A DNA stretch of 64,000 nt from Eledone cirrhosa (taxonomy: Eukaryota), in contig OZ024743.1 of the NCBI GenBank assembly GCA_964016885.1, positions 216,070,001 to 216,134,000 of the forward strand, written 5' to 3'. How positions within the stretch are numbered: the stretch's first letter is position 1; every line of letters begins with the position of its first letter. Made by a program: the position numbers and the translations under genes. Positions 26,652-41,726 of the stretch are shown here, in pieces. The notes below the pieces were generated by a model that was not told the DNA's origin, made no database searches, and was given only the letters and a program-made list of their open reading frames with translations.

Positions 26652-29600
26652 ATGGCTGTACTCACAAAAGGAAGTATAAATGAACGTGGCCTGGGGTCAT
26701 CTTGGAAGCAGGGTCACCTGCTCAATGACCTCAGGTCACTAAACATAGATGTGGTGGCCATCAGTGAAACAAGAATATCCTAGGCACGGATCTTCGCACC
26801 GATCTTCGGCGGCTACGATGTATACGCATCTCCCAGCTGTTCAGGATCAGGGGGAGGGGTTGCCGTCCTTTTTCGGAGAGGCTTGGATCTCGCGATACGG
26901 GCCATCTTCCTGGACCCAGAAGGTAAGTCGGTGGTGCTGGACGTGACCGGCAACGAAGGCAATGCTTTCAGGCTAGTAGCCGTCTACGCCCCAACAGGAG
27001 CAAGACGGCCAGATTTCTTCAGACATCTAGAGACCTTTCTTGGAACGTCCCGCTCTTTAGTGTTAGTGGGCGACTGGAACGGTATTTTGGATGCACGCTG
27101 GGATCGTGTGGGGCTAGTGGATAGGGGAGGAGGGTGAAAGAGCCTCACCAACCTGCTCAGACGTTTTGAACTGTCTGACAGGTATCAACTGGATCACCCG
27201 AATGTGCCAATGTGGACATGGACAAACCGCATCGGGTCATCCAGATCGTATCTAGATAGGGTTTTCTGCAGGGAACTAGATAAGGCTAGTATAAGTTGTC
27301 CACAATTTAAAATAGTCGACTATACAGACCACAAATTTGTGATCTGTGAGATCGACATAGACAGACTTCATAGACACGGGCCTGGTTACGGGAAGCTGAA
27401 CGCGTCTTTCCCGGCGCGCAAGGCCTACAGAGACCGGATTAGCGTATTAGTTAAGCGGGCGTTGACGGGAGCGGTCGTCAACAACATGTGGTGGTTCACC
27501 CTGAAAAGGGCAATTAAAGTATAGTCGATTAGGTTTAGCAAAGGAGTAGTGATAGAGGAAAATAGAGTAGAGGGAGAGCTAGTCAGAAAGCTAGAAGAGG
27601 CGTTTAGGACAGGCATCGCAACCGACGTGCTTGCAGCGAGATTGGCACTCGACCAATTCTTCAACGCAAAGGTCTGCCCTACGAGCTTTATGCAGTTATG
27701 CCAGACTTGTTCGGTGACCTCTTGGCAGACGTCTACTGCAACTGGCAACAGAACAGGAGCATTCCCAGTTTTGTGAGCCGGGCAGCAGTGGCGCTGCTGA
27801 GAAAAGACCCGTAAAGGTGGATGTTATTGATAATTTCAGGCCCATAACTCTGCTAAACGCAGATTTCAAGATTTTGGCCAAGGTGTTAGCAACGAGGTTG
27901 GCTCTTGTCGTCAAGGGTCTTGTGGGAGATGCACAGACACGCCATCCCGGACAGATCCATACACGACAACCTCCACCTCATGCGATACATCATAGAGAGG
28001 GTGGTTAAGGAAGTTGGAGAGGGTGGGGCCCTGATCAACTTGGATCAATCCAAAGCATTCGATAGGATCGACCATCGGTACCTTGCGGCGACCTCGAGGC
28101 AGCCGATTTCGGGCTCGTTTTCAGGCGTTGGATCGCAGCAATGTACAGCGACATCTGCTCAGTTGTGAGGGTGAACGGTCACTTGTCGCAGCCGTTCAGC
28201 ATCATGCGCACAGTCCGCCAGGATTGTCCCCTCTCGTCCCTCTTGTACGTATTGGCTCTCGAGCCGTTACTGCACAAACTGGTGGCGATGAGGGGCGTCG
28301 CACGCGAACTAGGATGCGGGAAATCCGAGTCGGCTTACGCTAACGACGTCACCGTGTTGGTGTCGAGCACCAGACACGTCCAGATGCTCTGCACCGCTCT
28401 CAAGGAATACGAAACGGTGACAGGGGCAAAGATAAACCTGGAAAGGTCGGTGGGCTTGCAGCTAGGCACCTGGAGAGGCAAGTCCATGCCGTCCGACAGC
28501 GTCGTAGGGCGTTGGACGGACGGACCGGTTAAATTGCTCGGGGTCTGGTTCGGACCGGACCTCCAGATGGAGAAAAACTGGAACGAGGTGACGAGCGGGG
28601 TGGCTTCCCTCACCCAGAAATGGGCTGAGAGGAAGCTGTCCCTGAAAGGCCGGGCGGAGGTGGCGAATGCGTACATCGCATCCGTCATCTGCTACCGCCT
28701 CACCGTCGTCCCTTGCTCCAGCCCAACTCTCACCAAAATGGAGCGCCTCCTCTTCCGCTTTTTGTGGAAGGGACGCGCTCCCATGGTCAGACGATCCATC
28801 TGCTGTCAACACCCGTCGCGTGGAGGACTGGGCATGCCATGGCTGATGATGCGCAAGCATGCGCTGAGGCTGCGACATCTCTGATGCTTCCTTGATGGTG
28901 AACGGGTGTGGTCGCCGTTCGCCAGGCACATTTTCCCACAGCTCGTCTCCTTGACAGAGCTGCAATCCTTGTTCAGAAAAAGACCGAGGGATAGCCCTTG
29001 GAAACTGGAATGTCTCCAGGCGCCCACTGCCCTCTTCCAGTTGGGCACCAGTATCGGTGGAACATCCAACTCGGCGTTCTATAGAGGACTACTGGAGGGG
29101 AAGAGCGACGACGTTCTCGGAGTGATCCTGGGCGTCGAAGAAGATCAGCTGCTTGCTCTCTTCCGGAGAACTTTCAGCCCGGGGCCTATGGATAACTTCC
29201 AAAAATCCCTGGCTTGGCAGTGCTACCGGGGAGCGCTGCCGGTTCGAGATAAGCTCTACAGGCACGGAAGTGCCGTCAGCCGAGCCTGTCCGAGATGCGC
29301 GCATAGCGACGAAACCGTTGTGCATGCACTCGTTCAGTGCCCGAGCATTGCTGACTTGTGGAGCTATGTCGAACAGTTGTTGTCACGTGTGGAACTGATC
29401 CGGTTGTCGACTGAGTCCATTGTGCAGATGGTCTCGCCGTCTTCCTTTGAGGAGGAAGGGCATGCGGTTTTCATCTGCCTGGTGGCCATGGCGAAAGAGA
29501 TTGTGTGGTGGAAAGGTTAAAAGGATTAAAGACAAACACTTTCCTCTTCGGCGAATCCCTGATTAACTTTTTCAAGTTTCACTTGAAGAGGAAAATCAGG

Positions 29601-29668
29601 GTGGAGAGGCAAGTGCTGCTTTCTAGCAAGTTTGTTGAAAGGTGGGTGAATGTAGCGAGAATGGTCTG
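26652..29668 (+). pseudogene. Tx1-like ORF2 (AP endonuclease, reverse transcriptase, zf-RVT), frameshifted
   Basis: SINERGL, VYAP, VGDWN, SYLDR, TDHK, FRPITLLNADFKILAK, DQSKAFDR, VRQDCPLS, YANDV, GGLG, CPRC..ETVVHALVQCP. Confidence 0.9.
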
Positions 29669-29970
29669 AATATACGTCTGTAGTTTGAGAGATGGAAATT
29701 TTGAGAGAGGGCGCTTGCCCTGGTAGTCAGGGTGGCCGTGGTCTTTTGTGTGGTTCTCGCCACGAGTAACCCTCGGAGGTTTCCCCTCTATTGGGGAATT
29801 TTTCATTGTTTCAATTTTCATTTTATTGTTTATGTATATATATGTTTTAAGTCTTTTTTCTTTTCTTATATAAATAATAAAAATATTTACACGCACAAAA
29901 CCGACATCGTACCGTCCTGTTCCGTCTGTGATGTTTTTCTTGATGTCATCCCTTGTGGCCAATAAAGAAA

Positions 29971-30025
<55 letters not shown>

Positions 30026-30026
<1 letters not shown>

Positions 30027-30258
30027 TATTTGAAAAAAAGGAAAAGGATGACTTCATGTGTAGTTCTAAATAATTTGATTTAATTTTACAATATTATAAT
30101 ATTTTGAGTTGGTAGATCTAGCAAACTTTTTGCTAACTTCGGTGGGAAGAATTTTAAAGATTCCTGGATAACGTTCTTGGAGAACTTTCTCCCATTCGTC
30201 GGTGGCGTTGGCGATTGTCAAACCGAGTGAAGTCATTATTTTCCTTTTTTTCAAATAT
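30026..30258. mobile_element. ~230-bp element with ~30-bp imperfect terminal inverted repeats in TA context (MITE-like or mini-foldback)
   Basis: TATTTGAAAAAAAGGAAAAGGATGACTTCA ... TGAAGTCATTATTTTCCTTTTTTTCAAATA. Confidence 0.6.
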
Positions 30259-30297
30259 ACCTAACAGTACCAATGATCTCACACATTTTCAAATATA

Positions 30298-30362
<65 letters not shown>

Positions 30363-30366
<4 letters not shown>

Positions 30367-31165
30367 TGGCAATCGATTTCGTTCTAAGGCAAACAGATGA
30401 AGGACCAGGTCGAAGAATCCTATGGAGAGGCCAGTCGAGGCTGAGAAATCTGGCATGCAGCAACGAAATCGCTTTGATCGCTGAGGACAGTGCAGCTCTG
30501 CAACTCCTCACAACATCCCTGCAAGGGAGTGCGGAAAGGATCGGCCTGAGAAGCAACACCAAAAAGACCAAGTTGATGAGAACAGCCAATAACACAGGTC
30601 CAGCGCTCAGAGTCAAACAACAAGAACTGCAGCAATCCATCACTTCACCTATCTAGTCAGTATCCTGGCAAGTAATATTGATGCTGAGCTCGAGATCAAC
30701 AGTCAGATCAGCAAAGGAGCCGCGGTTTTCCAGCGGTTTTGCCCAGTCTGGTGTCTTCATACATCAGCACAAGGATCAAGCTGCGTCTATAAAAGAGCAT
30801 CGTGCTGCTGACAGTGCTTTATACGAGAGGATCCTGGAAGAACACGACAAAGATAGAGAGACTGCTGAACCCTTTCCACCAGCGGTGTCTGCGAATGATC
30901 CTTAGTGTGTCCTGGCACCACCGAGTACGAAACGGAGAAATCCAGCGGAGAGCCGTGTCATGGACGCTACGAAAGATGGTCGCGGAGCTTCTGTACTACC
31001 TGGGTGGCCATATTCGGCACCTGCCCGACGAACGACAGTCAAACACAGCGATGAACTGGACGGCGCCTGGTGTCAAACGGAGGCGCAATTTCCCCCAATA
31101 TCACCCGGCGACGAATGTTTGGCAAAGACATGATGGCAGCCAACATCACTTGGCACGAATGAGAT
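30363..31165 (+). mobile_element. 5'-truncated RTE-clade LINE (RT C-terminal part)
   Basis: LAIDFVLR, LACSNEIAL (degenerate YADDIAL), GLRSNTKKTK, FHQRCLRMIL.VSW, GHI..LP..R, NW...G.KRRR. Confidence 0.8.
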
Positions 31166-31923
31166 GAAATACTGAAAAGATTGAAAGAGGAGGAGGGCAA
31201 GGAAAAGTTAAGTGCATTTACGGCGTACATATGCATTGGGCAATTACTTGGTAAATTGTACGAAGGAAATGTTTGGTTTGAGTGTATAGAAAATTCAATT
31301 CTTAGTATATCGATCAATCATGTCTAGATAGTCCGAATACTTCTTAGTTTGACAGTTGGTATGCTTTATCTTGTTATATATAGGATGATTATAATAATGA
31401 TATGATTCCTGGCGCTATTTATCCACTACCTCTCATTCCTACATTTTTAGAGGCACTGTGCCACAGCATAGAGGAAGGAAAGTGTGAAAATAACAATAAA
31501 ATATTCATCAAAACCCCAACTAATTATTTGCAATATAGAAGTGGAGATATTCTATCTAGTAGGTAAATTTAATTAAATCTCTGTGAATGGAAACAGAAAA
31601 CATGTTCATATAATGTCTCCCTCAAAATAAATACACAAATGCGTGAGCAGAATTTATATGAAGCCATCAGATGCGCAAGAGTTGCTGCAAATGCAACGTA
31701 GAGATTCCTGTAAAGACTGATACGACAACAGAGATTTTACATGAATCAATTAAAACAACAGGCAAATAATAGATGTTTATCGGACTTACGCGCAGAGGCA
31801 TACCTATCAATATACATAAACAAATATATTGACGAACCTATCTATCTATATGTCTATCTAAATATATGACGCTTTTTCGCTCGCTCACTCTTCTCTCTCT
31901 TTCTCTCTCTTTATACACACACA

Positions 31924-31973
<50 letters not shown>

Positions 31974-32111
31974 ATATGTGAATGTATATGTAGGCGATCG
32001 TTGGTCTGTAAGTGTTGTTTGAGTAAGCAGTGAGAGAGAAAAACGAATGTGTGCTTTGTACAGTGTTTTTATGCTGCTGTCAATGGGTAAATTTAATACA
32101 AACATACACAG

Positions 32112-32142
<31 letters not shown>

Positions 32143-32236
32143 CACGCACATATTCACACACACACACATATATGCACACTCACACATGCAGACACACACA
32201 TATACATACACACACGCACATATATATATATATGTA

Positions 32237-32275
<39 letters not shown>

Positions 32276-32367
32276 CGGTTTAATTTCCTACAGATCAAAG
32301 CGATTTAATATGTTTGCATATTATGTGTACGTTGAGAAACTGTATAGAGTTTATACTATATTCATGA

Positions 32368-32430
<63 letters not shown>

Positions 32431-33037
32431 TAATATATAGGCATATATATATTTATATGCATGCATACAAACATGTGTAGGTTTGTATGAAAACACATGG
32501 ATCTGAATGTGTTGCATCCACTCATGGATATGGTAATGTTTTTTTTTGTTGTTGTTTTTTTGCCAATATACTTCAATGGATAAAATATTTAATATTACTA
32601 AAAATGCTTTTCTCGGCGTTATTACTCTGCTCAGATTGATATATATTTCACTTAAAGTAAACTAAATTTTTCAATAATTCAGTTCTTTTTTTATTTTTCT
32701 ATTTTGTTAACATTTTTAACCTTCTTAATACCCATAAAACTCGTTTTGATGTTGCATTACATTAAATCCCTGTTTCAGATTTACGTGTGCTCTGTATTTG
32801 GTGTTTTATTTATTGATATATTGTTTCTTTGTAAATTTTAGATATATGGGATAAACATATAGCTTGAAACTTATGTTTAATGTCCTTTCAACATGATTAT
32901 ATCCAGTCATGGTTTCTTTTATATATTATAAACATCTACAGCCTCACATACACACGTGCGCACACACATGCTCACACACATACACAAACACATGGCAATA
33001 CTCATAAACACACACACAAACACACACAACACACACT

Positions 33038-33204
<167 letters not shown>

Positions 33205-33231
33205 CCATATATATATATATGTGTTTATATA

Positions 33232-33262
<31 letters not shown>

Positions 33263-36032
33263 TATTTTCTCTTTTTATATATCATCACAGAATGGAGTTG
33301 AGTGATTCATATATTTCGACCATTATAGGGATATTCTACTGAGATTATAGTAACGAAACTATGTAAAACCATGGAAATTACAATTAAGCTGGATTGCTGT
33401 TTTTTTATGCTCTCTGTTCTTCATGATATTTTGAAGTATGAGTTTTCGTTTATGTTTAAATATATTGTCTGAAATATATATTTGTCATTACAATATGTAA
33501 AATAAAATACATTGTAGTGGAAATGGTTTTTCTGCTTTACACCGTCTACCGGTTTTTCTCTTTATTGTTTTCCATATGGTATAATCAGTATTTCATTCGT
33601 GCGTTTTTCAAATGATGCATGTCTAAACAGTTTGGTTTTATTGTATATGTATAATCTCTAGTATTGTGCTGAGTTAATTTTTCTTAGCGGATGAAATATT
33701 TCTCTAATATACAAAACAAAACCGTGTGCATCTATTTGCTATCTAGTTCTTATCATATTGTCCCTGGCTGCTTCCGTCAATTATGTATTAGTGTATCACA
33801 ATTATTTTATTCCTCTCCATTTATTTTCATGTATTATCACGCATTATGATTATATTTTACGTTTTGAACCTGATTGAATTTCAAGTAGAACAACCCATAT
33901 AATTGCTCATTATGGTCGTGATATTTATTCTGCTTCTATGTTATATCATAATTGATGTTCACATTTTGTTCTTTCCATTATTTCTCACATTTGACATGAA
34001 TGAAACGTGGCTACAGATTTTCTCCCTTCATGGAAATGAAAGTTGCTTGTCACTGAGAAAAAATAAATTATACCAATTAAAAATTGAAATTTACCTCTTG
34101 AGGGGGGAAAGTAATTGAAACATACCATCTTGTTCTTTTATTCTGTTATCTATAGCAATTATGGGTATTAAGTTAACATTGTATTATTAAAAAAGATGTC
34201 TTTTATTGAAAAGGTGTATATTCATTTTACCTGAAATACTTTAGTACACGTAGTTGCATCCATTGTTATTTACTGAAAAAAATAAATGTTTCACCAACTA
34301 ATTTCATTTATGCTTGCTATAAAGACTGGTGTTATCAAGGTCCTTCAATAGACGGAATTATAGGAATTGTTATCTTCTAAATAGCTAATAATATATTTGG
34401 AACACATAGATATAATAATGTTTCTTTTCTCCCCAAAAGCAGTTGGAGAATTTTCGACACATCATTTGTTTCGCAGCGAGCATTCTAATAAAAATACTGG
34501 AGATATATCTGAATGATAATATACTTAGATCATCTAAAACACGCTTTGGTCTGCAGAAGTATTACTTATTTAATATTTTAACGTCGTACTACCAAATGAA
34601 AACGCCCATTAATGTCGACACGATGAATTATTCTGAATATAAAGTAGTAATACTCAGACATGTTTTTACTTCGTTTCGTATCCTCGTACTTTTGGGTCCG
34701 AAAAAATAGCATCAAATGAATTATACGTAATTATGTTTAAGTTCACGAAAAATATTTACTAAAAGACTATAATAGTTTTAATGATATTAGGGAAACATTA
34801 TGAAGTAAGAAAATGTATATATTATACTGAAATAAAGGAAACTAACTCTTTATATAAATGTACACACAATATTTAAAGAAAGAATCATAATTGAGATATA
34901 ATAGTAGTTCTGAAATATCCATTGTCACTAATAGAGACCATACTTTAATTTATATTATATATACTAATATTAACTTTTATATTTCTTCCCGGCCGAAATC
35001 ATCACAAACCTCAAAATGTATTTTTCGTGTCATTTAATTTCTTTTATTACGGTACACAAATTAGTTACACGTCATCTCTGTATAAATAAAATAATACAGG
35101 AAACACGGCTGTGCTATATTATGTCCTATAATGTTAGGCATTAATCAATATTTGTATTATTTATTTTATACTATTATTTTTGATTTTACTTGCTTAAACA
35201 TTTACAACGGTCCTCGTTTGTTTAAATAACTATTTTAAATCAGTTTAAATGTTCTACTTCAAAATTCATAAACAGGAAAATATTCCTCCTAAAACTACGT
35301 AAAACATGTTCCATCATTCATATAACGTCGACGTAATGACTTCAAATAGTTTTCGTTTCACTGTTCGCTGTTAATGTTTAACAATCGGGGTTATTTAAGC
35401 TTATTTCTGTATACTTTTCTCCTCTGTGAATTAAACAGAGAAATGGGTCGACGTGTGAGGGATAGTCAGCGATATGTTGGTCACTTACTGAGAGAAAATA
35501 GAAGGGAACTATTGAAAGTGATATAGAGTGCGGAAATAAACTGTTAATAGAAAACGGTTGAAGGAATATTAGAATAATTACATGATTGTCTACACTTAAA
35601 GAAAGAAAGATTGGGATACATGTATAAGCTGAAAGTAAGCGTGGGAGATAAAATAATGTAAACAACACGTTGGTAAAAAAATAACATTTTCTGAGAAGAA
35701 AAGGAAACTAGGCTGAAAATATCTGCAGTTGTAAGTCAGACATGAATAACATTAAATGGTAATATTAGAAAATGTGGCGGTGTTAAAAAATAATAGAGAA
35801 AGAAAAGGGAAAATGAAATTATGATAGAAATGAATGTGGGACACGTGCACATCGTGCAGCAGAGAATAGAGAGAAAGTGAAATAGAAGAAGTGCTAGACA
35901 GAGATTAAACAATGATACACATATTTAAACACCAATAAATTGGGAAGAGTAAACAATATGCGCATACATACAATACATATATAATATACAATATATTAAT
36001 AAATAGAAACTATATTTATAAAATCACAATTA

Positions 36033-36093
36033 TTTTATTATATGTATTTCAAGGGCAACCAATGCAGCCTTGGTGCGCTTTCATCAGATAAAA
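36033..36093 (-). ncRNA. Type-I hammerhead ribozyme motif
   Basis: Minus strand TTTTAT-CTGATGA-AAG..CCAA..TTGG..CTT-GAAA-TACATA-TA-ATAAAA. Confidence 0.75.
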
Positions 36094-36961
36094 TACAAAA
36101 TTTGTTTTATAAATATTGACATAACCGTTGAAAACAACCTTGACGGTTGAAAATTCGCTGGATAGTGAAACATTTTATTGAGGGTAATTTAAAGTTCTGT
36201 GTGAATATGCAAATGAATGTCCGAAAAATTGAAAATAACCATCGTTTCTTTAAATTACACTGTTGGAAGAAGAGAGAGAAAAAAACGAAGAGAGAAAAGA
36301 AAAGAAAATATTAGTATATGTAGAAGTAGAGTAAAGTAATATAGTGAAGAAAGAGCGAAGAAAGAATCCTATCCGAGAATGAGTTCATATAACGTAAATA
36401 AGTCATATGTTCATACTACATATTTATGAATTACACGTTCAATTATTCTGTACGTAATGTTTACTTTATCCAAACACCTATAATCTCATTTCTTAAATTA
36501 TATGCATATATGTTCATAGATTCTAAATCTTTAAATTAAAATTTAATGTAATTCTAATTTTGATATCTTTTACTTCTTAAATCTTTACTTCTTAAATATC
36601 TTTATTGTTTATCTTTATTTATCTTACTTCCAAAATATCTCATCATCTTTTTAGAAAAATTACTTACATTTTTTTTTAAATTACTTATTTCCAAAAAAAC
36701 TATTTTTTGTGTCACCTTAATATTTTTAATATATTTTCCAGTATTTTTCTAATATTTTTAAATATTTTAAAATATTTCTTAATATTTCTTTATAATTTTG
36801 AAACGCCAGGTTTTTAGAGAAGTAATTTGATCGGTTGGTCAATACGTATAATAAATTTCGCGCCAGTTCGTGTTACAAAGTTCTTCAAACAAGGGGGGTG
36901 GGATTCTCAGGTTGTTTCTTTCATACAAGAGTGTTTGAATTACTTTTTACTTAAAAAAGGG

Positions 36962-37231
36962 GGCTCACGAAGGCTTTTTCTAAACAAATATAATCGGATT
37001 GGTTATAAATGAAATTAATGCTGTCACGTGAACAAGTTCATTAAATTTCGCGCTCGTATTTCGGATTTTTTTTTTGTAGCCTTTCAGAGAATTTTATAAC
37101 AATAAAAAAACTGGCTCACGAAGGCTTTTTTCAAAACTGAATTGGTTACAAATGAAATTATGACTGTCACGTGAACAAGTTCCGCGCCCGTATTATTTAT
37201 TTTGTAGCCATTTAGAGAATGTTATGACAAA
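36962..37231. repeat. Two-unit diverged tandem repeat (~120-150 bp) with CCAAT and CACGTG motifs
   Basis: GGCTCACGAAGGCTTTTT...ATTGGTTA..GTCACGTGAACAAGTTC at ~36962 and ~37113. Confidence 0.7.
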
Positions 37232-37359
37232 CAAAAGAATGGTCAAGAGAAATGGGATGGGAGAATTGTTCTGGTTCAGTGAATATGGCTAGTTCGCTGG
37301 TGTGTCAGAGTTCAGATTTTCTATTGAAATAAAGAAAGTAGATATATATATGTTTATTT

Positions 37360-37393
<34 letters not shown>

Positions 37394-37700
37394 ATAGGAA
37401 GATGATTCTATTAGTAGAAATGGGGGAGGGAGTTGTGTGTGTGTATATGGTGTTATGTGTGTGCGTGTGGGAGTATGTTAAGATGGAGAGAATATATATA
37501 TGTTGTGTGTGTGTGTGTGTGTGTGTGTGTAGGAAAGTGATTCTATTAGTAGAAATGGGGGAGGGAGTTGTGTGTGTATGTGGGGGGATATGTGTGTATG
37601 GGTGTTCTGTGTATGTGGGAGTATGGTTAGCATGTTAAGATGAAGAGAATATATATTTTGTGTATGTGTGTGTGTATGTAGGAAAATGATTCCGCTATTA
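37360..37700. repeat. ~140-bp tandem units with (TG)n, downstream of the PLE ORF
   Basis: AGGAA.ATGATTC(TATTAGTAGAAATGGGGGAGGGAG) recurs at ~37396, ~37531 and ~37680. Confidence 0.65.
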
Positions 37701-37774
37701 GGAATATTTTTGAATTAACATATTTTTCTTACTTATTCGTATTTGTTTTGTTGTATTGTCAGCGCAAACGTATG

Positions 37775-39085
37775 TTAAGGTTTATTTAGTTCGGGTTTTT
37801 ATTTTCTAAAGTAGAAGGTGTTATGTGTGTGTGTATGTGGCTGTTTGTGTGGTTAGAATGTTATGGTGTTGACATAATGTATATTAAACCATATTTAATG
37901 CTGGTCTATATTTTTGAATAAACATATTTTCCTTATTTATTCGTATTTGTTCTGTTGTATTGTCAGCGCAAAGATAAAATGGGAAGATTTGGAATTTGGG
38001 TGTCTTATTACTTGCGCAAATGTCTAGATGTGCGCTTAGTGGTATTTGTCTCGTGGTTGGATCTCATAATTGTTGGTGATGAACTGTCATTCTATTTCTG
38101 AGTGTGAGTTTAGTTTGTGCTATATAATCTTCGTTGCATCCTTTACATTTAATGGCATAACATAGATTTTTTGATGAGCAAGTGAAGTGATTTTTTACAG
38201 CAAAATTTTGTCCTGATTTAAATGTATACGTGTTGCCTTCAATTAGTTGAGTGCAGGTTCCACAATTTAAGCGACCACATTTTTTGACAGTTTGTTGTGG
38301 GTTTGTGGTAAGTAATTTGGCATTGATCAGTAATGTTTTCATTGATTTCGGTTTTCTTTTGCTTGTGATTATTTTGTGTTTCAAGGGCTTTTTTCATTCT
38401 TGGGTCTTGCTTTAGTAGTGGGATGTTCTTGTGAATAGTGTTGTAAGCTTCCGCATTTCTTAGGTTGTGTGTTGAGATATATGATAGAATATTGGACGTA
38501 CCTTGAATTTGTTTCTGTTTTCGTAATTCATCAATGCCTATTACTTTAGCCATTTCTATTCCATTATTTATTAGTAATGGTGGGTACTGTCTTTCGAGTA
38601 GAATTTCCTTTAACTTTTGAAGTCTTTTATTTTGCGTTTCATAATTGGAGACAATTGTGCAAATTCTTGTTGCTGGCTTAAAAAGAATGTTCGTCTTCGT
38701 ATGCTTTGGGTGGTTGGAGGTGAATAGCAGGTATTGTTTAGAATCAGTTGGTTTGTAGTGTATGTCAGTTTCAATATTTGTGTCTTTTTTAAAGATTAAG
38801 ATGTCCAGAGATGGGAGTTGATCTTGGCTGTATTCCATTGTGAATTGGATGTGGTTATTGATGCCGTTTATTAAATTTTTGAAATCATTCAGTTGGTCGT
38901 GTGTGTGGGGGCCTAAGAATGAGACGATCATCCAAGTAGCGTTTCCAATTCTATGATAAATATTTGTGGAAGTTCAATCCATATTTTGATTTGGACTGTT
39001 CATAAATCTGGACTTCTAAATATACCATGACTAAGTTGGCATAAGTCGGAGCGGCTTTTGTACCCATCGCAGTCCCCGATATTTG
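37775..39085 (-). mobile_element. 5'-truncated Neptune-like Penelope element (RT + GIY-YIG), disrupted; 5' junction at (TA)n
   Basis: GTAMGTKAAPTYANL, WKRYLDD, LDILI, TDIHYKPTD, SNHPKHTK, KKCGRLNCGTC, NLCYAIKCKGCNEDYIAQT. Confidence 0.9.
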
Positions 39086-39139
39086 CTATATATATATATA
39101 TATTTACATGCAAGCATGCACAAACGCCTTTTTTTTGCA

Positions 39140-40097
<958 letters not shown>

Positions 40098-40109
40098 TAG
40101 AGAGAGAGA

Positions 40110-40184
<75 letters not shown>

Positions 40185-41726
40185 GGGAGATAGATAGATG
40201 GATAGGTTACAGCTACCATTGTTATTCAAGGGCACTCACTCCTTAAGAAATGAGATTGTGGTTATTCTCGAGTTAGTGACCGACGTATGAGGCATTACTA
40301 TGCCAGAATTTTGTGAGTGTCATTGATGAAATATTGACGTATCTTGAAACAGCATCGTCAAATTCTTTCACAACATAATGGCAACTATATAATATATTCA
40401 TGGAGGAAAATAGCGAAAAATATATTTCTTTGTTTCGTTTTGTAACGAAAAAATATTTTACTTTAGCAGCGAGGCTCCCTATTTTTGTTGTATATAAACC
40501 TGTTATATATGCTATTATATGTCTTTATATCTACCACTCTCTCTTTCTCTCTCTGTCTCTCTACCTCTCTCTCTCTATATATATATACACACATATACAT
40601 GTGTATGTGTGAGTGTGTGCGCGTGTTTGCGTATGTGTTTGTGTGTGTGTGGGTCTGTGTACGTGTGTAATTTTAATAATTTCTTATTCGCTTCTAATTT
40701 ACGTTCTCCCATTCACCAAGATAGTAAAATGATATGTGTAGTATACAGGAATTAATTTGCTTCATTTCATTTAAGCGCAACCAATTTATTTTCCATAATC
40801 TGTTCTGTATTACTGGATGTATGCATAATATTCGTAACCCATAACGTAGAGCAGGTACATGTTTATATCTTCAAAGACATGTGTTCTTTAACAGATAATA
40901 GTTCTGTAATTCGTATGCCTATATTTCTTGTGTGCAATGGCTCGGTTTTGTTTTTCTACTTTACACGAAACTCTTTTACACCTGGCTTTATTTCCTCTTT
41001 CTTGCTAATGTAGATTCGTAGTGATATTTTTATTGCACATTATAATTGGCATATTATTGTTGCTGCTGTGGCAATCATTTCTTCCAATACCATAATTCTC
41101 TTTCATTCGGGGGCTTCTTAATTAAATATGATATTGCGTACCCGTAAATTTGTGGTTGAAAATGGCATACACTTACGCGCAATAATTTGCCCGACTAGTT
41201 CCCTAAGACTTGTACATGTTGACGTAGTTTATCAACTGAAAAAGAGCCATCACGAAATGTAATGGCACATTAGCATCAAACTAAATGTGTGTATGAATAA
41301 TTGTTTGCTCAGCCACTTCTAACGGACCGTGAACGAGTGAATGTAGGTCAAACGCATGTAGTCAATTATCAGAATTTAATATTCGTTAATGCAACCCACG
41401 AAAGTGAAGTAGCTTACATATATAGAAGTGCTCTAGACGAAGTGAAATTAAATATTAATATAGTACAAGAACCATGAATCCTATGAAAGAACTAATTAAT
41501 AGAGCATACGCATTTGAGAAAACAACCTGCACTGATAGAAAAGTTAGAGTCAGAAAATTAAGCTTACAAATCAAAGTAATCCTGTAATATTGTATCAGTA
41601 ATGACGGTAAAATATATATACATATGTGTGTGTGTAAGAGTGTAGCGTGTGTGTGTTTGTTTGTATGTATGAGTGTTGGTGTGTGCGCGCGTATGTATGT
41701 GTGTGTGTGCGCGCGTGTGTGCATGA

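Larger units (their letters stand above)
26017..30017 (+). mobile_element. Tx1-like (L1 group) LINE, ~4 kb, internally deleted and disrupted
   Basis: ORF1-like segment, then ORF2 with APE, RT and a CCHC finger; AATAAA at 29961 followed by an (ATT)n tail. 5' boundary is approximate. Confidence 0.85.
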
